Of a DNA stretch of 26,686 bases, positions 1-7,065 are shown piece after piece; within the stretch, counting starts at the first letter, position 1; each line of letters starts with the position of its first letter. Position numbers and translations under genes: made by a program. The stretch spans positions 1 through 26,686 of the IMG/VR virus record IMGVR_UViG_3300042347_000468, one strand, 5' to 3'. This stretch comes from a virus (taxonomy: Duplodnaviria; Caudoviricetes). The notes under the pieces are model-generated. The model made no database searches. It was not told where the DNA came from and saw nothing but the letters and a program-made list of their open reading frames with translations.

Positions 1-5
1 CTTTG

Positions 6-830
6 TCATGCGATTCCTTTCGCGTCTGTTTTCGCCTTGGCTGCAAGCGCACGACGGGTCCGCTCGAAAGCCTCGGCATCTGGTCCCGTAAAAGCCTTGG
101 GTGGCGGTGCTTCTCCGAAGTCACGGCCCTTCTTCGTGTCGTTCCGGTCGTCGTACTCCCCACCGTTGCAGAGCGTCACGAAGTCCGGCCCGCAAAACTG
201 CCCTAGCGACACGGCAGTCCGAAAGAACTGGCACCGGCCCAGCCGCTCGATGGCTTTCAGAGCCTCTTCGAGCCAGCCTGACTCCGATAGCCGCTCCACT
301 GCCTTCGGGTGTGGATTGACCGGCTTCCACGCTTTCCCCTTGCCGGCGTTCCAAGCCCGACGAAGCGTCTGCCATGCCTGCTTGTCGAATCCCTCGCGCG
401 GTAGAGGAGGAAGTCTCTTCTCTTCTCTTCTCTTCTCTGGTAACGCATCGAGCGTTACAGGATCGTCGGGCCGTGTAACGCTGGTAGCGTTACGGTGCGT
501 TTCGACCCTATTTTTCCCGAGCGCACGGGTCTTCGCGGTGTCGCTGCAATGCCGGTCGAAACGCGGGAAACTCAGCCCCTCGCCTGTTTCGACAAGCCAG
601 CCCACCCTGACAAGGGCGGCACCGTACCCATCACGCCGAGCCAAACGATCAACCCACGCCAGATCGACACCTTCGACCTGGCCGTCTTTGCTATGGCGGT
701 CTGCCCACGACCAGAGCCGGAAGAGCTTGCCGATCACGGCGTCCTCTTCGAGCCCGCAGATCGACGCCAGCCGGATAACGGCCGGGTCGTCAGCCAGGTC
801 GTGCCGCATTTTGAGCCAGTCACCGGCCAT
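6..830 (-). CDS. Phage replication initiator (lambda O-like / replisome organiser)
   Basis: The N-terminus MAGDWLKMRHDL..DP.V..L....G.L..LWSWAD is typical of phage replication-initiator N-domains. A central low-complexity linker (EKRREEKR) coincides with DNA iterons. The gene lies downstream in the early operon. Confidence 0.7.
   Translation of the reverse strand: MAGDWLKMRHDLADDPAVIRLASICGLEEDAVIGKLFRLWSWADRHSKDGQVEGVDLAWVDRLARRDGYGAALVRVGWLVETGEGLSFPRFDRHCSDTAKTRALGKNRVETHRNATSVTRPDDPVTLDALPEKRREEKRLPPLPREGFDKQAWQTLRRAWNAGKGKAWKPVNPHPKAVERLSESGWLEEALKAIERLGRCQFFRTAVSLGQFCGPDFVTLCNGGEYDDRNDTKKGRDFGEAPPPKAFTGPDAEAFERTRRALAAKAKTDAKGIA
416..493. repeat. Putative phage replication origin: two 19-bp palindromic iterons plus a polypyrimidine tract
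   Basis: GTAACGC-N5-GCGTTAC occurs at 440-458 and 475-493 (35-bp period), next to a (TCTTC)n tract at about 416-438, all inside the initiator gene as in lambdoid origins. Confidence 0.65.
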
Positions 831-832
831 GA

Positions 833-2110
833 TTAGGACGCCTCCATAAAGGCCAATGATTGAACGCCGTTCTTGGCGTCTTGGATCGTCATGCCTTTTA
901 GGCGAGTCTCGCCTAGAGCCACTTGGCTCTCTCGGGCGTCGATGCCTACACCGTTGCGCCCGTGCTTGACGGCCATGGAGACAGTCGTGCCAGACCCGCT
1001 AAATGGATCTAAAACGATGCCACCTAGCGGGCAGAAGCTGCGGACAAAGAACTCGGCAAGCCACTCAGGAAACGGGGCTTCGTTCTTGGTGGCGTCTCGC
1101 CACCCCATGCCGCCGCTTCCTACGAGGCCGCTGATGATGTTGCCTGGATTGCACACCTCTGGGTCGATGTAGATCGTCGACTTACGGCTACCGTCTGCCT
1201 TTCGGTTTGTCGCCTTCCTCGGCACGTTTTGCTTTGGCGGCTGCCCCATCGCGGTGTTGTCGGCACCCGCTATGCGGCCGTTTTTCGTGCCGCAGATGAT
1301 CGGCTCCCAATCATTCCGAAGCCAATCGGGGCCGCCTGTGCCTGGGATGCCGTTCCGCTGGTAAACAACGACCTTCCTCATCTTCACGCCGCGACGGTGT
1401 AGGTCGGCGTGCAGGAGAAACGGCGTCGAGCTATAGGCGAAGTCCTCGGTGTATCCCTCGACCACCCATGCGACGAGCCCTTTGCAGACACGCAGGCATT
1501 CCATGTAGCAGTCGGTCGCCCACGCCACCCACTCCTCGCCGGCCAGGTTGAAGTCGAGCTCGCCGTAGGACCGCTGGGCCTCGTAGGGCGGCGAGCAGAA
1601 AACCAAATCAAAGTGGTTGTCTGGGTACGGCAGTTTCCGGCAGTCGCCGACCTTGAATTCCCACGAAACGTCGCCCTTCGTCCCGCTGGCTTCCGTGGCG
1701 GTGGGAGCGGCTGCGATGCTGCGGCGCTGCTTCTCCTCTCTGAGTTGCTTGACGGTCGCCCCTGTTTCTTCAGCCCATGCCAGCAACTCGGCAGCGTTTG
1801 GACCGGCCGCAACACGATGGTGCGACCACTCTAGAAGTGAGGAACGTTCCTCACTTTTGAAATCACCAGCCACCCTAGCCGCATCCCTAGCATGGTCGTA
1901 GGCAATCCCAAACCGCTGGCACGCCTCCGCCAGCTTGCCGCGCTCGACGTAGCCTTCACGGTCGCCAGCGTTGAGCCAGTCGCCGATCAGCCACATCAGT
2001 CCCTTCTGGTAGCGGGCGATCTCGCGGCCTGCGGCCTCCCACAGTTCCGGCGTCCAGCCGCCGTGGGCCACAAGACCTGTTTCGGTGATTTCGTATCCGC
2101 TGCTCATCAC
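833..2110 (-). CDS. DNA N4-cytosine/N6-adenine methyltransferase (beta class) fused to an N-terminal LmbU-like domain
   Basis: Catalytic motif DLVFCSPPY precedes the SAM-binding motif VLDPFSGSGTT (beta order). The N-terminal ~130 aa W...G..I......MWLIGDWL...WSHHR resembles LmbU-type regulators. SD AGGAGG lies upstream; start is GTG 2110 or ATG 2107. Confidence 0.85.
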   Translation of the reverse strand: MMSSGYEITETGLVAHGGWTPELWEAAGREIARYQKGLMWLIGDWLNAGDREGYVERGKLAEACQRFGIAYDHARDAARVAGDFKSEERSSLLEWSHHRVAAGPNAAELLAWAEETGATVKQLREEKQRRSIAAAPTATEASGTKGDVSWEFKVGDCRKLPYPDNHFDLVFCSPPYEAQRSYGELDFNLAGEEWVAWATDCYMECLRVCKGLVAWVVEGYTEDFAYSSTPFLLHADLHRRGVKMRKVVVYQRNGIPGTGGPDWLRNDWEPIICGTKNGRIAGADNTAMGQPPKQNVPRKATNRKADGSRKSTIYIDPEVCNPGNIISGLVGSGGMGWRDATKNEAPFPEWLAEFFVRSFCPLGGIVLDPFSGSGTTVSMAVKHGRNGVGIDARESQVALGETRLKGMTIQDAKNGVQSLAFMEAS

Positions 2111-2178
2111 GTCCTCCTAAAAGCCGCGCCGCCCGACCCGACCGGGCTTGCATGCCATCCATGGCGCGGGGTCTTCGA

Positions 2179-3039
2179 CTACTTCTCTTCGATGCCGTAC
2201 TTGTGCGGGTCGATAGCAGCACCCAGGCGAGTCGTGACAGTCGCGCTATCGTTGAGCCACATCTCGACGCAACGCAGGCCATGCCCGACGTAATGATTGA
2301 AGACCGGGCCTTTGCCTCTGGCAGCCTTGACGTACTCGTTCATCAGTTCAGAGAACCACTGAACGCAGTCGCGGCGCTTCCCGTCCTTCGTGCCTTCGTC
2401 GCGGATATACCGCTGAAAAAACTCGTTGACCTTGTCGCCGTGCTTCCTGTGGGACATTAGGTAGACGCAGGTGGCCGGAGAGCACATCCTCTTCGTGGCA
2501 CCGACAAACGAATCCAGCGAGCGGATGTCCTTCTGAAAGAAACGCACTCGCTCGTAGTGCGTCACCTTGACGAGATCGCCGCACAGGTAGCGGTACGCTT
2601 CGGTCAATGCCGCAGCGAACCTGGCCCGACGAACGAACTCGCTTTTCGGTGTCAGCCTCACCTCTCGCATGCCGCCAAACACTGCGTCGGCAGCAGTCTC
2701 GACGGCAGCCTTGCCATCGAAGTGCGTGTAGAGCCGCTTGACCTCTGAGATGTCAGGGACGACGTAGACTCGCACGTCGAGGTCGCCCTTCGGCGCAAGC
2801 TCAGGATCGGCCTGCCACTTGTATGCCCTGGTGTGGGCGTCGAGCTTGTATCGCTTGCCGTCAGGCAATTCAGCGATACTCACCAGCGTGTGAGTGGGCT
2901 CAAGCACGTCAAGGTGCTTCGCCTTCGTGGCCCTCGCGACCGTGTCTCGCTGCCGAGGATTGTCCGGCACGCCGGCCCACTCGGCAGCGGTCATGGTCGT
3001 CATGTAGGTCTCATGCAGAATCGCAGTTGTAGAAACCAT
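2179..3039 (-). CDS. ParB/Srx- or DGQHR-like domain protein
   Basis: NPRQR and LDAHTR resemble the QR and DG(Q/H)xR motifs of ParB/DndB-like NTP-binding folds. Start re-called at ATG 3039, which has an AAAGGA SD. Confidence 0.5.
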   Translation of the reverse strand: MVSTTAILHETYMTTMTAAEWAGVPDNPRQRDTVARATKAKHLDVLEPTHTLVSIAELPDGKRYKLDAHTRAYKWQADPELAPKGDLDVRVYVVPDISEVKRLYTHFDGKAAVETAADAVFGGMREVRLTPKSEFVRRARFAAALTEAYRYLCGDLVKVTHYERVRFFQKDIRSLDSFVGATKRMCSPATCVYLMSHRKHGDKVNEFFQRYIRDEGTKDGKRRDCVQWFSELMNEYVKAARGKGPVFNHYVGHGLRCVEMWLNDSATVTTRLGAAIDPHKYGIEEK

Positions 3040-3108
3040 TGCTGTCGTCCTTTCGTGTCCTTTCACCAACCATGCCGCCGGCTCGCGCGAGCCGCTGCGG
3101 CGTGTTCG

Positions 3109-3435
3109 TTAGGCAACCCTCCACACATCCGCATTCCGTCCGCTCGCGGTCTTCCTGGTGCCACCCGTGACGATCAGCCCGCGCCGTGCAAGCTCGATCC
3201 GCCGTGGCCTCTGCGTTGACGGGTTCATGCCCAGCCGCTTCTGCATCTCCTCGTCGGTCAGCCCTTCGGGCGTAGCCTGGAGCAGTTCGAGTACGCGCCG
3301 CTGCATGGCGTTGAGCGTCGCCGGCCCGAGCGAGTCGGCAGCCTGTGCCGACGTGATCGAGCCGCGTGCGGCTGGGGCTCGCTGAGTGAACAGCGGGCCG
3401 TAATCGCATGGCGGAACGTAGAAGTCGTTGCTCAT
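3109..3435 (-). CDS. Winged-helix DNA-binding protein
   Basis: VLELLQ..PEGLTDEEMQ..LGM..ST.RPRRIEL...GLI...G.RKT.SGR.A.VW is a common phage wHTH pattern. ATG 3435 has a GGAGG SD. Confidence 0.7.
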   Translation of the reverse strand: MSNDFYVPPCDYGPLFTQRAPAARGSITSAQAADSLGPATLNAMQRRVLELLQATPEGLTDEEMQKRLGMNPSTQRPRRIELARRGLIVTGGTRKTASGRNADVWRVA

Positions 3436-3451
3436 CCGTGAGCCCTCCGTG

Positions 3452-4279
3452 TTAGACCAGTGCCGGCGTCTTCGGCGTCCGCTGCCGAAGTTGTGACCAG
3501 TCGCAATAAGCCTGCTCAAAGAGCGCGGGCGATCGGTGGCCCAGGTGGAGCCGCCCAGCGCCCGGCTTTTCCATCTCGCAATGGGTCGCCCCGCTGCGAC
3601 GCAGCCACTTTGAGCTCCCGCCCATGCCGACGCTGTCGAGCAGGATCCGCATGTGCCGCATTGCCATCCGTCGTTTGCAGACCCAGCCGAGAATCCTGCC
3701 GTCTGGCGAAACGGCGAGCATTTCGTCGATGGCGGTCAGACAGGCTGGCGTGAGCGGACGCACGATCGGATCGCCCGTCTTGCTCTGCGTCCAAGACAGC
3801 GTGTCGCCGTCCAGGTGCTCGCGGGTGAACGACATCACGTCGCCGAATCGAGCCCCGCACTCGTAGGCGAGCAGCACCCAGCACCGGAGGAACTTGCCGA
3901 GGTCGGCACCGGATCGGAGACGCTTGCCGTCGTGGGTCTTCGTGGCGGCGATCAGCCCGCGAAGTTGCTCGACCGTCCACGCCTTCGTCGGGCTCTTGCG
4001 GGCCTTGATCTTCATCACGCCGCGTGGGGCTTCGTCGATCATCCCGGTCTCGAACGCATAGCGGTAGAGCGTGAGCAGGATCGTCCGCTCTGCCCTGACG
4101 GTGGTGCTGGCCTTCTCCGAAGAGATCGTCCGCAGGTATTCGTTGACCCGCTTGACGCTCACCTCGCAGCAACGCAGGGAGATCCGCTCGACGTTCTCGG
4201 CGTAATGCTTGGAGACGATCCGCTCGGCGAGGTACGCCTTGGCTATGCGTCCGAATGTCATGATGGCTGGCTTTTTCAT
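3452..4279 (-). CDS. Tyrosine recombinase (second copy, in early operon; KxxR instead of HxxR)
   Basis: Motifs: box I LLAYECGARFGDV, catalytic Lys in QSKTG, KWLRR, and HLGH...AY. Start re-called at ATG 4279 (AAGGA SD); the 438-aa track ORF is an upstream extension overlapping another gene. Confidence 0.85.
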   Translation of the reverse strand: MKKPAIMTFGRIAKAYLAERIVSKHYAENVERISLRCCEVSVKRVNEYLRTISSEKASTTVRAERTILLTLYRYAFETGMIDEAPRGVMKIKARKSPTKAWTVEQLRGLIAATKTHDGKRLRSGADLGKFLRCWVLLAYECGARFGDVMSFTREHLDGDTLSWTQSKTGDPIVRPLTPACLTAIDEMLAVSPDGRILGWVCKRRMAMRHMRILLDSVGMGGSSKWLRRSGATHCEMEKPGAGRLHLGHRSPALFEQAYCDWSQLRQRTPKTPALV

Positions 4280-4329
4280 TGATCTACGTCCTTGTGTATT
4301 GGCCCCGTGTGGTGGGGCAGACCGTCGAG

Positions 4330-4731
4330 TCACGACCCTGGAGATGATTGGTTTCGGGCCGCCTCGGCTGCGGTGGTTTCCGACTCCCGCTGCGGGTCGC
4401 TGCCGTCTTCCGGCTCTGAGGCTGCTACTGCCTCGACTTTGCTTGCCCGTCTCACGGTGGCTCTCGCGCTGCCCCAGACGTTGACGACGATCGCGTCGGT
4501 CAACTGCCCGCGCTCCGCGAGCACCTGGTCGAGAGCCACGAGCGCCTTGTAGAGCTCCCAGCCAGCAGCCCTCGCCTGCTCGGGGGTGAGAGTCGCCATC
4601 GGCATCGGCTGGAATCCGCCGTTGCTGACCCGCGAGGGCATCCGGATCGGCGGACGATCGCCCATGCGAATGTCCGACTCCTCGCGGCGTGCCTCTTCCT
4701 CGATGTAGGCGAAGGTGCTGATGTAGCTCAT
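4330..4731 (-). CDS. Hypothetical protein
   Basis: 133-aa ORF with an ATGA overlap to the upstream annealase gene, consistent with operon packing. Confidence 0.6.
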   Translation of the reverse strand: MSYISTFAYIEEEARREESDIRMGDRPPIRMPSRVSNGGFQPMPMATLTPEQARAAGWELYKALVALDQVLAERGQLTDAIVVNVWGSARATVRRASKVEAVAASEPEDGSDPQRESETTAAEAARNQSSPGS

Positions 4732-5612
4732 CGGGCGTTGGCCTCCGCTTCGACCTCTTGCCCGTCAAAGTGCTCGACGCCGCCGTCTTGGGCGTTCAAC
4801 AGGATGTCGAGCTTGCCGTGGATGAGATCGCACAGGCTCTTGTGGTCTTCGCGGGTGAACGTGCCATCCGCGAGCCGCTCGTCTGCCGTGCTGCGGAGCT
4901 TCTCCAACCGCTCGACCGTGGTGGCCTTGCTGACGAGGATGCGAGCCTTGCCCAGCGGCGTTTCCGTCGCGAGCGTGTCGTTGAACTTGGGGCGAACGAC
5001 GACGGGCTCGGATGGCTTGACGAACTGGGCGTAAGCCCCGCCCGCTGGGCCGTGATCCTGTTGCGGTGCGGCCTGCGGGTAGTCCTGGGCCTCTTCGGCC
5101 GTGATGAGGCCACGCAGGGCGTCAGCGAAGGCGTTGCGAAGTGCAAAGCCCCGTGCTCGCAGGGCCATCATTCGGCCCGGATATTGCTGCCACGGGCCAG
5201 CCTTGCCCCAGAGCCCCGCCTTCTTGGCGTCGGCCACGCTGAATCGGCTGATCGTCGGGGCCGGGTAGCCTCGCCGCTTGGCCTCGCAGACCGCGACGAG
5301 GTTGTCGCCGTCGCCCTCGGTGTATTCGCGGACGTATTCGCAGACCGGGCTGGCTTGCACCAGAGCCAGGGCGGCGTCGCCCCAGATCGTCGGCCTGCCG
5401 TTGATGACCGCGATGCTTTGGAGCGATTGCATCGGGGAGAGCCCGACCTCGCTCCCGTGCTGAATCGCCAACATGCACGACTCAGGCTTGCCCTTGAAAT
5501 CCTTTGGCGAGAACTCAGACGCCGCCACCATCTTGGCGAAGCGGAAGGCGTCGTCGAACGATTGAAGGGCAAGTCCGGTGGCTGCCCGCTGCGTTGAAAT
5601 CTCCGTGCTCAT
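4728..5612 (-). CDS. RecT/Redbeta-like single-strand annealing protein
   Basis: PKDFKGKPE...AIQHG.EVGLSPMQSLQSIAVINGRPTIWGD and DAKKAGLWGK.GPWQQYP.RM...RARGFALRNAFAD.L.G is a typical phage RecT-like signature. Confidence 0.85.
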   Translation of the reverse strand: MSTEISTQRAATGLALQSFDDAFRFAKMVAASEFSPKDFKGKPESCMLAIQHGSEVGLSPMQSLQSIAVINGRPTIWGDAALALVQASPVCEYVREYTEGDGDNLVAVCEAKRRGYPAPTISRFSVADAKKAGLWGKAGPWQQYPGRMMALRARGFALRNAFADALRGLITAEEAQDYPQAAPQQDHGPAGGAYAQFVKPSEPVVVRPKFNDTLATETPLGKARILVSKATTVERLEKLRSTADERLADGTFTREDHKSLCDLIHGKLDILLNAQDGGVEHFDGQEVEAEANAR

Positions 5613-5708
5613 CTCGACATTCCTTTCGTGTGGTGTCCTGAAAACAGCCGCTCGCCCGTCCTAGGTCTGCGGCAATCGCCTCCTGCGCCCGGATCCTCCG
5701 GGGGTTTC

Positions 5709-5927
5709 CTAATGCGTGATGTCCTTGGACGAGACAGCCAGCCAGCCGCCGTCGATTTCGATTGAGAGCCGGTCGCCGTCGATGTCCCAGATGCGACCGC
5801 TCCACTGCTTGCCGCCAGAAGTGCCGCTGACGAAATCGCCGATGGCGAAATGCGTCTGGCGAGGGGCGGGCGTCTGGTCGGAGAGGTAGGTCGCGGCGGC
5901 GAGATACTCGTTGTCGTGGGCGTTCAT
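5709..5927 (-). CDS. Small hypothetical protein (possible SH3/KOW-like beta fold)
   Basis: ATG 5927 with AGGAG SD, directly downstream of promoter 5956-5983. FAIGDFVSG...GRIWDIDGDRLSIE suggests a small beta barrel. Confidence 0.55.
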   Translation of the reverse strand: MNAHDNEYLAAATYLSDQTPAPRQTHFAIGDFVSGTSGGKQWSGRIWDIDGDRLSIEIDGGWLAVSSKDITH

Positions 5928-5955
5928 GCGAGGGGGTCTCCTGTGTGGGTGCGGT

Positions 5956-5983
5956 AATGTACGGGCGTTCCGGTAGTCGTCAA
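5956..5983 (-). promoter_or_regulatory. Sigma70-type promoter for the early recombination/replication operon
   Basis: TTGACG-16bp-TACATT on the minus strand; the spacer contains a partial operator, ACTACCG. Confidence 0.65.
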
Positions 5984-6047
5984 GCGTCCAGATATCAAGT
6001 TGTTGGGGAGTGAAAAGTTTGTTCAGCAAGGTGAGCGGCGGCAGTTC

Positions 6048-6089
6048 GTCTAGCGGTAGATAGGCTATGGTCTATCGGTAGTTCGTCAA
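6048..6089 (-). promoter_or_regulatory. Sigma70-type promoter with two operator copies
   Basis: TTGACG-16bp-TAGCCT (6062-6089). AACTACCGATAGAC lies in the spacer and CTACCGCTAGAC just downstream (6048-6059). Confidence 0.65.
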
Positions 6090-6229
6090 GAGAAGATTCC
6101 GATCATGGTGAGCACGAGCGTGATCGAGTCGTGAACCATCCTGGCAAGTTGCGATTCATAGCCGAGCTCTTGGCCCAGCCGAACGAGCACAAGCGAGCGG
6201 ATCGCTGCGTCCCAGTCGATGCGTTTCAT
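6086..6229 (-). CDS. Small hypothetical protein with hydrophobic C-terminus (47 aa)
   Basis: ATG 6229 is preceded by a strong AAGGAGG SD. Confidence 0.5.
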   Translation of the reverse strand: MKRIDWDAAIRSLVLVRLGQELGYESQLARMVHDSITLVLTMIGIFS

Positions 6230-6247
6230 GTTGCCCTCCTTGGCTTG

Positions 6248-6290
6248 AAAAAGCGCCACCCGTTTCGCGGCTGTCGGCTGGCCGGGTGGC
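6248..6290 (-). terminator. Possible terminator/attenuator hairpin
   Basis: 8-bp stem GCCACCCG/CGGGTGGC with a 20-nt loop, followed by GCTTTTT on the minus strand. Confidence 0.4.
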
Positions 6291-6307
6291 CCCACCTTGT
6301 GCGTTGG

Positions 6308-6511
6308 TCAGCGGTAGTAGGTCACTCGGTTGCCGACCGCGTTGATCGTGCGGCGGGTGCCGTCAGCGAAGACCTGAAACAGAAGCGTGGAGCCCTTGAC
6401 GCCCTCAATGATGCACTGGCGGATGATGCCAAGTTCGCGGGCGACGTTCACGCCAACGCCGAGCTCCTCAGCAACCTTGTACGTCCGATTGTTTAGCGTG
6501 ATCGTTTCCAT
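6308..6511 (-). CDS. Small hypothetical early protein
   Basis: 67-aa ORF with GGGAG SD, directly downstream of promoter 6565-6593. Confidence 0.6.
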   Translation of the reverse strand: METITLNNRTYKVAEELGVGVNVARELGIIRQCIIEGVKGSTLLFQVFADGTRRTINAVGNRVTYYR

Positions 6512-6564
6512 CGTTTCGTCTCCCGGCTGGCGTCTCGTCAGGTCTCATTTGCCTGACGTGTGTT

Positions 6565-6593
6565 ACTGTAGTCTATCGGTAGTTGGGCGTCAA
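6565..6593 (-). promoter_or_regulatory. Sigma70-type promoter with operator
   Basis: TTGACG-17bp-TACAGT; the spacer contains AACTACCGATAGAC; an A-tract lies upstream (UP-like). Confidence 0.7.
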
Positions 6594-6639
6594 GGGCATG
6601 AATCGAATTTTTTCATGGGCGTTTTCTGCGGGGAAAACG

Positions 6640-6906
6640 CTACTTCTTCCGCTTCGCCTTCTTGCGCTTGGCGGCTGGACGCTTGGCGAGGTGCTTTTTC
6701 CCGACCGCCCTGGTTGTCAGGCTGTCGCGGATTTCGGCGGCTGACCGCTTTTCCACGAGCCGCAGGCGTTTCCCCAGCATCCGGCTCGACAGCTTGCCGT
6801 CCCGGCACAGGGCGCGAACCCAGCCGTCCGTGCAGCCCATAAATTCGACCGCCTCCGAGATCGTGAGGTAGTCGACGCCGTCGATGTTGTATGCCATCGT
6901 GACCAT
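6640..6906 (-). CDS. Excisionase-like HTH (HTH_17/MerR-like) DNA-binding protein
   Basis: YLTISEAVEFMGCTDGWVRALCRDGKL pattern, basic C-terminal tail, and divergent orientation from the integrase. Confidence 0.75.
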   Translation of the reverse strand: MVTMAYNIDGVDYLTISEAVEFMGCTDGWVRALCRDGKLSSRMLGKRLRLVEKRSAAEIRDSLTTRAVGKKHLAKRPAAKRKKAKRKK

Positions 6907-6915
6907 GCCCCTACA

Positions 6916-6943
6916 AAAGTACCGTCTAGCGGAACTTAGTCAA
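6916..6943 (-). promoter_or_regulatory. Sigma70-type promoter of the HTH gene with operator variant
   Basis: TTGACT-16bp-TACTTT; the spacer contains TTCCGCTAGAC. Confidence 0.65.
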
Positions 6944-6994
6944 ATTGGACTCCGTCCCAGCCCGGCCCTAAAGTTGGGGTGTCGGGCAAATGTC

Positions 6995-7013
6995 TAGTGG
7001 AGGCGAGGGGAGT
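6995..7013 (-). other. Candidate attP core: tmRNA/tRNA-Ala 3'-end fragment
   Basis: The minus strand reads ACT-CCCCT-CGCCTCC-A-CTA: T-loop end, T-stem 3' strand, and an acceptor strand with U70 (Ala identity) and discriminator A. It lies about 50 bp upstream of the integrase. Confidence 0.55.
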
Positions 7014-7041
7014 TGGACTGTTGTACAGTACTGGGTATAAC
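7013..7041 (+). promoter_or_regulatory. Integrase promoter
   Basis: TTGGAC-17bp-TATAAC, 25 nt before ATG 7066. Confidence 0.7.
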
Positions 7042-7065
7042 GGCCATCCAAACGGGAGAGGCACC

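Noticed and set aside
4280-4768. N-terminal 163-aa extension of the 438-aa recombinase ORF
   Set aside because: It overlaps the better-coupled 4330-4731 gene, has Arg/Gly-rich off-frame composition, and a good SD precedes ATG 4279.
5956-6943. Repeated CTACCG(A/C)TAGAC as a mini-CRISPR array
   Set aside because: The repeats are only 11-14 bp, irregularly spaced, located in promoter spacers, and there are no cas genes.
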